A DNA stretch of 64,000 nucleotides from Eledone cirrhosa (taxonomy: Eukaryota), in assembly GCA_964016885.1 (NCBI GenBank), contig OZ024747.1, positions 79,050,001-79,114,000 on the forward strand, in the 5' to 3' direction. Both the position numbers and the translations under genes were made by a program. Below the pieces are notes generated by a model. It was given only the letters and a program-made list of their open reading frames with translations, was not told where the DNA came from and did no database searches. Position 1 is the stretch's first letter; every line of letters starts with the position of its first letter. This document shows, piece after piece, positions 39,039 through 52,774 of the stretch.

Positions 39039-39199
39039 ATCATCATCATCATAATCACCATTTTACGTCCGTTCTTCCACGCTAGCATGGGTTAGACGGG
39101 TTGTCCTGTTGTGGGCAGTGTCTGGTCGGCTGACCATGCCTTGCTCATACAGGAACTGATTTGGCTTGATTTCTACAGCTGGATGCCCTTCCTAACACC
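39039..39199 (-). mobile_element. RTE 3' tail fragment (LINE or SINE-C tail)
   Basis: Near-identical reverse complement of 45958-46120. Confidence 0.9.
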
Positions 39200-39773
39200 C
39201 CATATGTAAAATCACAAATTATTATTATCAAAAGTAGATCACTCCACAGGTATTCTGATCTATATTGCTGTGGTCCAGCTGAGAGTATCAATGTTTAAAC
39301 CCCTTATATCGTGTTTAACTACATCCTTGTATATCATTTGAAGTTTAACCTGATTTCTTATATTACTAGTCAGCTGCAAGTAGAATATTTGTTTTGATAA
39401 CCGAGTTTTTTTCCCATTCTTTGACACAACCAGGCAAGAAAGATTTCACTGTACCAGTATCTTTTCCATACTAGAAGCTTAGCTTTTTCTAGGAAAATGA
39501 TGTTCCTCACATTGTCTTTCCAAGTGATGTTCAAGATGTCTCATTGTAAATATATACATCTGTTACCTGCTTGCAGCATAATGGCCATACCTCTAATGCA
39601 TATAACATGATGGATAATATGATTGCTTAGTAAACTTGGTCTAGAAAAAATATCCTCCATAACGTTGATGAGATGAGTAAGAGTTCAAAATAAGGGTAAA
39701 TAGAACATTTTAAATCTTCCATAAGTAACTTGAATATGTAGAGAGTCAATACAAGTTTCAGCTGCATTTGTCT

Positions 39774-39964
39774 TTAACCTTTTCACTACCATGTTTCTAA
39801 TTCATTATAAAGATGGTGATGGTGATGGTGTTTGGAATGTAACAAAGTTTCTTACATAAAATAATGATGAAAGGTATTAATTTAAATATGATCGCTTTTA
39901 AAGAAATGGCTTTGTGTCATAGAACCCAAAGCAGTTCCATGCAAGCGTTTATCCAAAGAGTTAA
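39774..39964 (-). mobile_element. TTAA MITE family 1 (deleted copy)
   Basis: TTAACCTTTTCACTACCATGTTTC...TCATAGAACC...CAAAGAGTTAA. Confidence 0.55.
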
Positions 39965-40626
39965 AGGAAACTTGTGCTGTTTGCTATTGAGATTTTCAGT
40001 GTCTTTCATTCCAGGACTGCAAATTTTGGGCAAGGGCATCATGCATAAGGAAGCAGCCCCATGAGGAGGTATGACTGATGCAGTGGAAATTGCTGACTGT
40101 TGTTCTCAGCAACACTTTTGCCAACTGAGATATGCTGTCCAATCAAGATTGTAGAACTTTCCCCTCTCTCCCTCCTCATTTTTACTTTTTTTTCTCAGTA
40201 TGATATTATAGGCATATTTTATCCCACAGTTATCTTCCTAATTCATACATAATTCATAAATAATTCATAAATAATACATCTTAAATAAAAGTATATAAAA
40301 GGCTTATAACTGCACAATTTTATCATACTCCAAGGTATCAAATAATTTTTAGAGATGGCAGAATGGACTAAAAATTAATGTAATAATCTTCAAAGCCAAA
40401 AAGTGCTGGTTTTATCTAAGTTCAATAGCTGCATTTTAACTGCACATAATTAAATGTTCAAAAGAAATTAAAATTAAACATTTACCAAATTAGATTATAA
40501 TTTTGATTTTAGATCATGGCTAGAATATATTTTTAAAAACATCTGATCAGAAACCATAAAGTTTCTGCTTTAAATTTTCGATTCGTATATCTGTATTAAA
40601 AGGATCGATTCCTAGAAGACTTTTTT

Positions 40627-40842
40627 TTAACCCTTTAGCATTTAGACAGCCCATATCGGGCCAGAATTCTCTCACCTCTTTCTGTTCAAACCAGCCATAA
40701 CTGGCCTCTCATACTTATATTAAGGTATTGTTCTCAAAATAAATAATATCAAAATCTCATAGGTTCAATATTATGTGAGATGAAGCCTTTACCATGAAAA
40801 TATAATAGTAAATATAGAGTAAAGTAAATGGTAATGGGTTAA
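40627..40842. mobile_element. TTAA-flanked piggyBac-like MITE, family 2
   Basis: TTAA-CCCTTTAGCATTTA...TAAATGGTAATGGG-TTAA; inverted relative to 18926-19153. Confidence 0.85.
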
Positions 40843-41573
40843 ATGAAAGAACCTAGTAGAATAATATGCCTAAAAAACATATATAACTAATTATACTGCA
40901 TAGCTTGCAAGCTCTGCCATGCAATATACTGGTTACCATTTGGAGAACAGGATCTTGGACATTTGCTGGACATTTGTAACACTGCCCAAGGAATCCACAA
41001 ATTGATAGCCTGACACTCCTCTGACCCTCTCTTAGGTATCCTCCAACACTTTAGCTCTAATGAAACTAACAAGCACAATGAGCAATGCCCTATCTTCACC
41101 CTAAACACCTCTACTTTGAAGGCTTTAACAGATGATTCAATCTTGTCTCACTGCTTTATACCCTTATCCTCCACCCTCAAATTCTGTATTTGTTGATGTA
41201 TGGCTTGTATGTGTTTGACTTTGTGTGTGTGTGTTTGTGTGTGTTTGTGTGTGTTTGTGTGTATGTTTGTGTGTGCGTGTGTGTATGTGTGTGTGTGTGT
41301 ATGTACATCTATATATATACATACCATTTGGCTGTATGTGTTGCATACAATTTTGTGCATACACTATACACATAACTGTGATTCCTATGTACGTTTATAG
41401 CTAATGTACTTCTGTACAGTTCTATTTATTATTATATCAAGCCACCAATCCCTTTTCCACATAACATCATAGACTACTAGATATACATTTTGCCTCCCTT
41501 CTCTGGACATGTTTATCTTTATAATTCTGGATTCCTTTGGGATGGAGGATTGATTGAAAGAACATCTCTGTGG

Positions 41574-41737
41574 GTGGTGCAAGTTTAAGCCCCAAACAGT
41601 GAGCCTGAAGTCACTGCAGCATTAGATGTAGTTAAGACTGAGTCATATTTCCTGATGGGAGACTTCAATGCACATGTTGGCACTGACCACCTGACATTGA
41701 AAGGAGTGGTTGGAAGGAATGGTAACCTTGATCTAAT
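41574..41737 (+). mobile_element. APE endonuclease fragment of an RTE LINE
   Basis: VVQV*APNSEPE...FLMGDFNAHVGTDHLTLKGVVGRNGNLDL (YAP and GDFNA motifs). Confidence 0.85.
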
Positions 41738-43447
41738 ATATGTTATTTTTTTAAATTAATTCTCAATGGGGGAAGTTGATGGTTGACATGAAATTTCAAT
41801 TGGTAGTATAAATTATTAAATTTAATAAAGAAAAAAACAAACAAACACATATCAAGTTTTCTTCAGTAAAGAAATACTTTCTTATAAATATATCAATGTC
41901 TAGCAGATTCAGTAATATAAGATCTGGGTGTAAATGTTTGCATTCATTCATTACCTATGTGTCAATTGCTTCATTTTATTAAATAATAGTCATTATAAAG
42001 GTCTTTTCACTCTCATAGGTATATCCATGTTCTCTGAGATGACTTAGGACCTGCTGATGATTTACAAGGTTTACAGCAAGCATTCTCTACAGAATGGACT
42101 GGGTGTCTGTGAAAATGACAGATAAACCTCAACATCTCTACAGAATGGATTGGGTGTCTGTGAAAATGATATTTTTGTGCATAATTTTCCAGTACAGGTT
42201 TGGACTTATGCAGTTTGATGCACTCTGTACAAATAGTATTTAATATGTGGGAAAATAAGAGATTGATACCTATAGATTGTTTCTGTGAGTATATGTATGA
42301 TTAATATAACATACTTTTGAAAGAAGAACACATATGTACAGGTATTACACTTCCAAGGCAACATTTCAGCTAGGTATATTCAGTCTACCCTTTCTCAAAC
42401 ACATTGCATTCTTTTCTAACAGAATGCTTTCAATCATTCAGATTTGTCACCAGATTTTCCCAATCACTCACATTTATCCTGAAGCATTTTAGGTTGTATT
42501 TTATCAGCCTCTGTATGTGTGTGTGGGGGGGGGGGGGGGGACCTGCCAACGTTTACATATCTTTCACCGATATACAATGGCATAGGATACACACACACAA
42601 ACAGGATGAGCTTCCACACTGTCTACCAAATTTCATGCAAGTTATTAGTTAATGTAAGGCTATGGGAGATGGCACTTGCCCAAAGGTGAGATCAGACATG
42701 AAATTACATGGGTGTGAAGTAAACTTCTTCACCATACAATCATACCTATGCCCAATGTAAATCTTTGTATGTGTAAGTTTATGCACAGAGTATCATGTTA
42801 TCCATACGACCTTATAATAAATTTCTCAAATATCATCATCATCATTTTATATCTGCTTTCCATGCTGGCATAGGTTGTACAGGTTGTTACAGTCCAAGAC
42901 TAGACTGATCAGAAAACCACATCCTGCTCTGACATTCCATATTTAGCATGGTTTATGCAGCTGGATAACAAAAACCACCCAGCTCATCCTGAAAGATGGC
43001 ATTGCTGGAGTCACAATAAAATGCTCCAATACATGCTGTAAAGTGCTGGTATTAGAAAAGGCATCCAACCATAGAAAGCAAGACAAAATGAAGCATATCA
43101 CTAAGTTATCTAACCCATACAAGCATGGAAAATAGATGTTAAACATTGGTGGTGGTGGTGGTGATAACATATGCAATGGTCTCATTTGGCTCTTGGAATG
43201 GTCAATGAAGAAATGAACGATAATAAAGGTATACAGTACTCAAAGTTAATATATCCTTTGTCCTTAATCTGTCTATAGTCTATGATTTTCATATAATTAT
43301 AAATCCTTCTGAATATATTATACATTTAGGAATTATTTTCTTAGAAATATATGAAAAGAAGAAAAAGAAAAATCATTGTAAAACAGATATGGCTAAATAA
43401 GCCAATAAATTATGCAAGTAAATAATAACATATATCAATAAATATAT

Positions 43448-46120
43448 TGAGGAATGTACATCCCAACATAGCTTAGTTGTCAGCGACCTCACGGTGAGGA
43501 ATGTACATCCCAACAGAGCTTAGTTGTCAGCGACCTCACAGTCAGAACTAGACGAACCTGGAAACAGAGGCCAACCTGGAGAAGAAAGATCTAGAAGCTG
43601 AAAGACCCCTCAACCAGTAACAGATTTAAAGATATTTTACTCAACGCCTACGACAGTAAAGAAGAACAGATAGAGACATTCAATATAGAAGAGAACTGGG
43701 AGTTCCTAAAAAATAATTTACTAGAGGCAACGGATGAGGTCTGTGGCTGGAGTAAGACCTCAAGCAGGAGGAGAGTGACTTGGTGGTGGAACAATAAGGT
43801 AGATGAGGCAGTTAAGGCCAAGAGACAGGCATGGAAAGAATGGAAGAACGAGGGAAGCAGGGTACATTACATAGAGACCAAGAGGGAAGCTAGACGACAA
43901 GTATACTTAGCTAGGAGGGAAGCAGAGGATAGAATATTCAAGCATGTTTTGCAACGTGAGGACCAGAAACAGGTGGTGTTCAAGATTGCAAAGCAGTGTG
44001 TCAGAAAGAAGTGTGATGTCATTGGAGAGAAGTGTATCCGGAATGATAAAGGTGAGCTTGCCCTCACAAGTGCTGAGAAGAAAGATGCATGGAAGAGTCA
44101 CTATGATAGATTACTAAATGAGGAGAATGCATGGGAAGACGAGACCCTACCCCAAGTAGACCCTATAGAGAGGCCAGCAGTACAAGTCAGCAGCAACGTA
44201 GTAAGTAAGGCAATCAAAGATATGAAGATGGGGAAGGCAACCGGTCCATCGGGTATAGCTGCCGAGATGCTGAAGACATCTGGGTCTGTAGGTCACACTA
44301 TAACCACACGTATTGTTAACCAGGTAATACTAGAAGATGTCATACCAAAAGATTGGTGCAGTAGCATCATTGTCAACTGCTACAAAGGTAAAGGTGATGC
44401 ACTAGATAGAGGAAACTATAGAGGTATAAAGTTGATGGACTAGGTCATGAAAGTAACAGAAAGAGTTATAGCACAGTTGATTAGGGACCGGGTGAAAATA
44501 GACGAGATGCAATTTGGGTTTGTACCAGGAAGAGGCACCACTGATGCCCTCTTCCTTGTGAGGCAGTTACAGGAAAAGTACCTAGCTAAAAGTAAGCCTT
44601 TGACAGAGTTCCACGTGCTGTAATCTGGTGGGCTCTTAGAAAACTAGGAGTAGATGAATGGCTTGTGAAAGCGGTACAAGCCATGTATAGGGGAGCAGTC
44701 AGCAAAGTTAGGATTAACAATGAGTATAGCGAGGAATTTAGCGTACAGGTTGGGGTCCACCAGGGCTCTGTTCTTAGCCCCCTCCTGTTCATCATAGTCC
44801 TGCAGGCAATAACGGAGGAGTTTAAGACCGGATGCCCATGGGAACTCCTGTATGCTGATGACCTCGCACTCATAGCTGAATCTATGGTAGAACTAGAGAA
44901 TAAATTCCAAACTTGGAAGCAGGGACTAGAAAGAAAGGGTCTCAATGTCAACATGACAAACACTAAGGTCCTTGTAAGTAGACGAGAAAACAGAACCTAG
45001 ATCCCCTCAGGGAAATGGCCTTGCTCAGTATGTAGGAAAGGTGTAGGTAGGAACTCCATTCTCTGCCCCAAATGCAAACAATGGGTACACAAGAGATGTA
45101 GTGGGATCTCAGGAAGCTTAATTAAGAATGTAGGCTTCACATGCAGCAGCTGTGCTGGGACAGCAAGCAGCAAACAGCCACAGGAAACAAGTACCACCAA
45201 TCTCTGGGAGGGCTCTGTAGAAACAGTAACAGCTTCTGCTACCTAGGTGACCGAATTAGCAGCGGAGGTGGGTGTTCAGAAAGTACAATAACTAGGGTAA
45301 GAACGGGATGGAAGAAGTTTAGGGAACTACTACCACTGCTAGCTGCAAAAGGCTTCTCCCTCAGAATGAAAGGCAGACTGTATGATGCGTGTATCCGAAC
45401 AGCAATTTTGCATGGTAGTGAGACCTGGGCACTGAAGGTGGAAGACTTACGTAGATTAGAGAGAAACGAAGCCTGCATGCTCCGATGGATGTGTAACAGT
45501 AATATACGTGAACGACAAAGCATAAATGAATTGAGAGAGAGACTGAGCATAAGAAGAATCAAATGCTGTGTGCAGGAGAGGCGGTTGCGCTGGTATGGAC
45601 ATGTGATGCGTATGAAGGATGACAGCTGCATAAAAAGGTGCAGAGCACTAGAAGTCGATGGAAACCGCGGAGTGGGGAGACCCAAGATGACCTGGGATAA
45701 GATGATAAAAGCCGACCTTACCCAATTACACCTCTCAAAGGCAATGACACACGACCGTGACCTCTGGCGTCACGCAGTAATACAGAGTACCCGACCTCCC
45801 ATGGGTACAAGCTGAAGCATATAGACAATATGCCCCCACACCCCCCACCGCAAGGTGGTCGTGGAGGTGCCACGGCAAAAAAGCACCCAGCCCACACTGT
45901 AAAGTGGACGTGTAGGCGCCACGAAAAAGCACCCAGCACTCACTGTAAATGAAGTTGGTGTTAGGAAGGGCATCCAGCTGTAGAAATCAAGCCCGAATCA
46001 GTTCCTGTATGAGCAAGACATTGTCAGCCGACCAGACACTGCCCACAACAGGACAACCCGTCTAACCCATGCTAGCATGGAAGAACGGACGTAAAAAGGT
46101 GATGATGATGATGATGATGA
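43448..46120 (+). mobile_element. 5'-truncated RTE LINE, 2.7 kb (end of APE domain, RT, PHD finger, 3'UTR); inactive
   Basis: EECTSQHSLVVSDL, TWWWN, GKATGPSGI, NYRGIKL, VHQGSVLSP, LYADD, FCYLG, RLRWYGHV; several TAG stops, a small deletion near 44597, a frameshift near 45225; (GAT)n tail. Confidence 0.97.
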
Positions 46121-46556
46121 TATGTTACAGTATGTATTTATATAGTTATCATATATTCATGGTAAATGTTGCTGATCCAATCAGTCTCGCCTTGTATGCA
46201 AAATCCTAAATGCCATGCAGTCCTTGGCAACACCAAGACTTGCTTTATGAGTACTTTGGTAACAACAATGACATTTTATTTTTACCTCTGAATATTAAGC
46301 TTTCTGCTTGCAGATTATTCATTGCATTAATTTGCTGCTGCCAGTATCATTTTTGAAAGTGTTTCTTCTTTCTTCTTATAAGTTTTCTGTTTCACTAACT
46401 ACAATGCTTAACTTCATAAATAATGTACATTCATTTATAATGCAGAGTATTTAAGCTGATAAAAAATCTCAAAACATTCTAGTTGAGACTCCCTTCTAAA
46501 GGGGTCAGGTAGATTAGCTGCCAGCTTGTGAGATTGTATTGTTTAGAATATTGTAA

Positions 46557-46777
46557 GGGCAGAGGATTTACACTACTGTTAGAGTATCGGATGAAATACA
46601 CCTGTCGTGCATTATTTAGTTACAGCTCTTTGCATTCTGAATTCAAATCCTACTGAAGTCAGCTTTGCATTTCATACTTCTGGGGCCAATAAAATAAAGT
46701 AGCAGTCAAGTACTGAGATTGATATAATCAACTTTTCCCTCCCCAAATTGTTGGTCTTATGTCTTAATTAAAAAACC
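46557..46777 (+). mobile_element. tRNA-derived SINE, family A
   Basis: GGCAGAGGATT head, TTCAAATCC, CTTTGCATTTCAT..AATAAAATAAAGTAGCAG core. Confidence 0.75.
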
Positions 46778-49756
46778 ATTGTTTAGAATATTATCATAAG
46801 TTTATGTTGCACTGTTTGTATTGTATTGCTTCTGTTAATCTAACTTGGAAATATGAGTCTAACTGAGAAGTTTATCTCTGTTAAATCTTTGTTCTTTTAC
46901 AGTTGGTAGATTTCTTTGTCTACTGAACTAAAATTATGCAGCATAATTTTGTTTATGTTTTCAGACATTCACAGTTCAATTATTGTTGAATCCCAGGCCA
47001 GCCCTGATCACGCATCCCCTTGACATTCCATCCATGACCATCCCACCTCTTAACAATGTGCATAGAATCAGGGTGTCCAGGGCCCACATAATCCAATGTG
47101 TCCTTTTCTAAGATGCAGAGAAGTGATTTCAGAATTTAATGTTCGAATCCTGTGTACATTAACTCCATTCTTCATACATCTAGAGCTTGTAGGAAATATT
47201 TTAAAATAAGTTAATTCAAACGTTTATAGTAGCTTTAGTAGTGGACATATCATTGTGAAAATTTGTAGTATTAGAGTAAAGACTTCAAATTTTAATGTAA
47301 TATTAATATATTAAGTCCCCTTTTCCATGCTTGCAGGGGTTGTGAGAAGGGGGAAAATGTTTAGTTACTTTCTTTACTTGCAAAGAAGAATTTCTTCTTG
47401 ACTATAAATGAAATTATTTTAAAAACAAAATATATATAAATGCACTATATGGTTGCTTAAAATTCAAATTAGTGACTTGAATCTAAATGTTAGGTGTTCA
47501 AATATTATAGTATTTTAATAAGCATTATTTTACAGAGAAATGTAGAAACAATTATTTTACAGAGAAATGTTTAGGAATACAAAATAAACAGATGTTAAAA
47601 TATTAAAAACTAAAATAAATTTGTGGCAATGAAGCATGTTAACTTCATTTCTTTTTAATTCTTCTCAGTTGCAAGCAACATAAATAATAGCAAATAAAAA
47701 AAAATTGATTAGCACTAACTTTTCAGAAATTGGAATGTGTTTACATGAATTTATTTTATTTCAATCCAACAAAGAGTCAATGGATTAAAACCGTTCAAAT
47801 TTATAGTTATGAATAACGGATGCCATATGTAACTTAACTACAAATGCTGTTACTAACAAGCTAAAGTGAAAAGAAAAGCATAAAGTATATAAAATAAAAC
47901 TGAGACTTAATTATTTTTGCATGATTTTTATAATCCACTTCATCAATTTAATGAACAGTTTACCAAACTGGTATAGAGTGAATGAGTCTACAATGTATCA
48001 TTCTTCTATGTGTCACAATCCTCTATTTTCTGACTTACACAAGCATAAAGTTCTAAGATCATCTCTAAATTATTAATCCCAAGTTTTCTTTAATCTGCTG
48101 TTTATCACAAATCTCCTATTTTACAAACTCACAACACTTCTTTACCCAAATACTTTTATTTATTTACTTTTTCTTAACTTTCAACTCTGCTTTCTAAATT
48201 GATACTAGAGAGATGAGGGGGAAATATTAGCTGAGATTTTAATTTGAATCAGCTTAACCATTATCATTCACAGTGTCTGACACTTTACTAAAAAGGCATA
48301 CTGGTAGTTTGTTATCTCTAAGGGAAATTCAGTTCCAATACACTAAGTAGCGTTCTTGTAACTCCACTCAACATTCCAAAAATTATCTAAAGAATGGTGC
48401 CTGCTTCATTACTTATTCTGTGCAAGATAAATCTCAAACAATTGTGCCATCATCACAGCCCTGTCTTGGCTTGTTGCCGTTTCTCTTATAATTACCACCC
48501 TACTTGTTGCAGGTGTTCTACCATCACATTCCTGTTTTTTACACAGACCTTAGCCTCTCATCTCTTCCATACACTGTTTTTTAAACTTCCGTTTTCAAGA
48601 TTTATACAAACCAGTATGCTTCAAGCCCTTTGATCTTCTATGTGAAACATATTTACCATATTTATTTTCAGCATTTTGTTCATAAGTTCTACCCTAAATA
48701 ATTTAAAAACCCTTTTTTTTTTTTTTTTTTTTTTGTTGTTTTGCTTGTGAAAAATTCCTAGATAGCACAGCTTAAAAAAATATTAAATAGGAAAAAAGTT
48801 CAAAACCAATCGTTTTTATTGACATAGAACAAACGAATATTTTTTATTCTTATTTTGGCTAAATGGGAAATGTTAAAGATGAGTGGCTCAAACCCAATAC
48901 AAGGACACCTCAAAATACAACCTACATGATTTCCAATCACTCACAGTTACAAACATATTTCCATGTGAACATACACCTCTACGAAGTTCAAGAGAAACCC
49001 ATTTTGGAGATTCAATCACCAACATATAATCACTAGCTCACATATGGGTTGTTTCTTTTCTCTACCACTATTTATAACAAATGCAATGGCCTCTAAAGTA
49101 ACTTCTACATAAATGAGTTGATGGCATAAAAAACAACAAATATTTGTTTCTATTCTGCTAAAGGCTACTCCCAGTTATCCCAGTTATCCCACCTATCATT
49201 TCCTCTATTATTATTACTGTTTCACTTCCTAGGCCCCACACTAAACACTTCAACCAATCCTTCCTCCACAAAATGTTAACACTGGAATCCCCTTATCCAC
49301 ACTTTCCCTACAGATACTGACCTATAGGTTTTCAAACTGAACATTAATTGTATCAACTGCTCTAATTATGGATGTTATAAGGACTCCCCCTCCTCTTATT
49401 TCATTTTTTTAAATAGAAGTTAAGACAATATTGCCCAAATGAAACTAAGTTGGCTACTTTCAGAATTCTGACCAATTGATTAAGTAGGTTTGACTAATAT
49501 AAATTCCTTCAGTTTATTTTGATGTAATGGGTCTGCTCCAGGAGAGCTGTAAACAGCAACAACATTGTCAACATCATTTTTGTGCTGGCTTTTTCATGTT
49601 GGCAAGTATTGAACAAGATGTTTTGAGGCAATCAATCCATACTTTGTTTTATAAGTATGGTACATACTGCTCATCTTCAATAACTTCTATGCTGTGGAAC
49701 ATTAGTTAAATGGGACATAGTACACTGGATGTCCTATGAAGTCAGATATAAAATCA

Positions 49757-49985
49757 TTAACCTTTTTATAATCATAGTTCCAATGAAATACACTGTATTT
49801 CAATTAATTAATGAAGACTTTTGAAGGATTTACTAAACTCAATTGTTTCATCATTAAGATGGTATCAAGTTAATGAAAGTTTCTTGTGCTAGAAGGTTTT
49901 AATTATAAATAGGAACCCTTTAAGATTAATGGTTTGGTTTAATAGAACCAGAGACAACTTTGAGCAGATTGGTATTAAAAGTTAA
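49757..49985 (-). mobile_element. TTAA MITE family 1
   Basis: TTAACCTTTT...AATGAAATACAC...ATAGAACCAGAG...TTGGTATTAAAAGTTAA. Confidence 0.6.
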
Positions 49986-50805
49986 AGAATTAGATCTAAG
50001 AAATAAGTGAACTGCAATTTAATTTCAGCATATAGAGAGAGTTTTGTCTAGAAAATACTTTGGAAGCTGTTCCAACTCCTTATCGTTCAGCATTTCAGGT
50101 CAGTGAGATAACTCTGGTGAAACATTTCTAATACTACTATAACAAACTCATAGGGCTCATCTTCTAGATTTGTGATAAAGCAAGTTCTGTGCCAAATGAT
50201 AGCATTACATCTGTGATGCATCAACATTGCATCTAGTGTGCGGTGTTACCTCTATACTAGGAGACGACAAAACTTATTAAAAAGAAATTGATAACGCTTC
50301 TTTAAATACTTTCAAAATTTCAAGAGATACAGCTTAAGTAATGATATTATCAAGAGAGGTGTGGTTGAAAATTCTTAAAATATCAAAAAGAATGATTTAA
50401 ATTTCATAATTTGACTTAAAAGTTATCTTAAAATATAAAAAAATGCACAACTGCAATTCTACACATCAGACAATATACTAATAGTTTGAAACTTCATTAG
50501 ATGTCTTATCTGAATACTTTTATTCTTATACATTTGTTTAAACACAAATAATTACAGTAAGAGCTTATATGGGTTTACTATTTATAGCTCTGCATAGCCT
50601 TTAGCAGAATAGAAACAAATATTTGTTGTTTTTTATGCCATCAACTCATTTATGGTAACAAATACAGTCAACATTTATCTATTACATATAGATTTAATAT
50701 TTGTTATTAATAGTAGTTGTTTACATAAAAGTTGCATCAAAGTTTCCAGCTTCATAAGTTGGAAACTTCAGTGATACTTTAAGGTAAACTGCCACTATAA
50801 ATAAT

Positions 50806-50972
50806 TGTTTCTACTTTTGGCACAAGGTCAGCAATTATCCCAGTGCATTACAGGTACTTTATTTTATCGACCCCGTAAGGATGAAAGGCAAAGTTAACCT
50901 CGGCGGGATTTGAACTCAGACCGTAAAGGGACATAAACCCTATGCTGCCAAACCTCCACCGATACTGCCAAT
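50806..50972 (-). mobile_element. SINE family A, short-tail subfamily (young)
   Basis: TTTATCGACCCCGTAAGGATGAAAGGCAAAGTTAACCTCGGCGGGATTTGAACTCAG; CpGs retained. Confidence 0.88.
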
Positions 50973-51082
50973 AAATAATAACAAATATAATGATTTTATA
51001 TGCAGTATGAGTCCTTAATTCACTGTATGTCTAATGTACACAAGCCCATAAAACAAGCATTTACTATTTATAGATTATAGAA

Positions 51083-51268
51083 CAGTGGATTGACAGAATC
51101 AGTAGAGCATCAGACAAACTGCTTTGCAGCCCTTTTTGTTCTGGGTTCAAATCCTGTTGAGATCAAATTTTATTGTCGATAAAATAAAATATCAGTCAAG
51201 TGCTAGCTAGATTTTATCAGCTTTCCCCTCTCCTAAAATTGCTGGTCTTGTGCCTAAATTTGAAATCA
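51083..51268 (+). mobile_element. SINE family A (older)
   Basis: CAGTGGATTGACAGAATCAG head, GGTTCAAATCC, CTTGTGCCTAAATTTGAAATC end. Confidence 0.75.
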
Positions 51269-51461
51269 TTAGTTATAGATTATAAACCATTTAAAAACTA
51301 ATATGTAATTTAAAACAACCAATTAGTTACAGGTATTGCCACCATAAGCAATTATATAAAGGCATTCCCATCATGAAAACAAGTCTAAAATTACATTATT
51401 GAAATATTTTGCTTGTTTTCTTTGATGTTCCACATTAGAAATGGCTTATAGTTAGATAACC

Positions 51462-51740
51462 TTCCATTGGTCATGACTGATAATGAGTTCTTCTCCAAGG
51501 TAAAAACATGGTCCAAGTGTTTTGTTGAAGGCCAGCAGTCACCCAAGCGTGCCACTCTCTGATGTTGTCCAAGGAAAAGGCAAAGGGTAGTCCAGCTTGG
51601 TACCAATGTCATCACAATTCATTTATTCTGAGTTGACTGGAGCAACATAAAATAAAATGTTTTGCTCAACATGCCATCTGATCTGGGAATTGAATTTATG
51701 ATGTTCCGATTGTGAACACAATACCCTAACCACTGAGCAA
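51462..51740 (-). mobile_element. SINE family C with standard tail (old)
   Basis: CTCAGTGGTTAGGG head, TTGAGCAAACATTTTATTTTATGTTGCTCCAG core; tail related to 56855-57030. Confidence 0.65.
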
Positions 51741-52254
51741 CTGAGCTATTCAACTGTGAAAGTATCAGTTATAATTATTTTCAGCTAGATAGATTTCAGT
51801 AGAGTAATGCATCATATTTACAATAGATTGGCTAACATAGTTCAAACTTACAAATCATTCAATCTATAGTGAATATTTTGAACAACTAGGCACTCTTTCA
51901 AAGATTGAAAAGATTTATTTTATTTTAGTCTATTCTTTTACTGGTTTCAGTCTGTGGCCATGTTGGGGCACTACCTTGAAGGAATTTAATCCACTACATC
52001 AACCTCAATACTTGTTTTGTTTTCAAGTTTAGTACTTATTTCATTGATCTCTTTTTGTCGAACTGCCAAGTTATGGGATATAAACAGTAAATGTAAACAC
52101 AGACACACATACAAACACACATATATCAGGCTTTTACACAGTTTCTGTCAACTAAATTTCATTCACAAGGTTTTAGTTAATCCGAAGCTATAGTAATAAA
52201 CACTTGCCCCAGATTCCATCCAGAGAATTGAAACCAAAACCAAATGGTTGTGAT

Positions 52255-52533
52255 GATGCATCCTTTAAAACCTCCATGCTTCCTGAAGCATGGAACAAAC
52301 TACCTGCATCAGTTATTAGCTGTCGAGACACTGCATCCTTTAAAACCCCCATGCTACACCTAATATTCCCCCTCCATATACACGCACACATGTATATCAT
52401 GACTCATGACTCATACACTATTCACTTCCCTGACATTTGTATATTATTCTATATACTATACATGCACCTTTGATGAGTTGTAGTGCACCTGAGCACTGTA
52501 CACAATAATTTCATTATTATTATGATGATGATG
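52255..52533 (+). mobile_element. CR1-like LINE 3' end, adjacent to or within a SINE-B copy
   Basis: EAWNKLPASVISCRDTASFK matches the WNxLPxxVV..S..SFK C-terminus of CR1-group ORF2; (ATT)n tail. Confidence 0.75.
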
Positions 52534-52719
52534 AATATTTACATTTACAGCTTGAAAGTAGAAAATGTTTCAAATGATTAATTTCAATAAGTCTCCATTT
52601 GGCAGTTATTGTTACTATTTTTATTTAACTTTGTATTATATTATTTAAGATGAAAATGTTTTGTAGCTTTGTGGGTGGATTCAATTAAAATATTCTGCAT
52701 ACATTTATTTATTTATATA

Positions 52720-52774
<55 letters not shown>

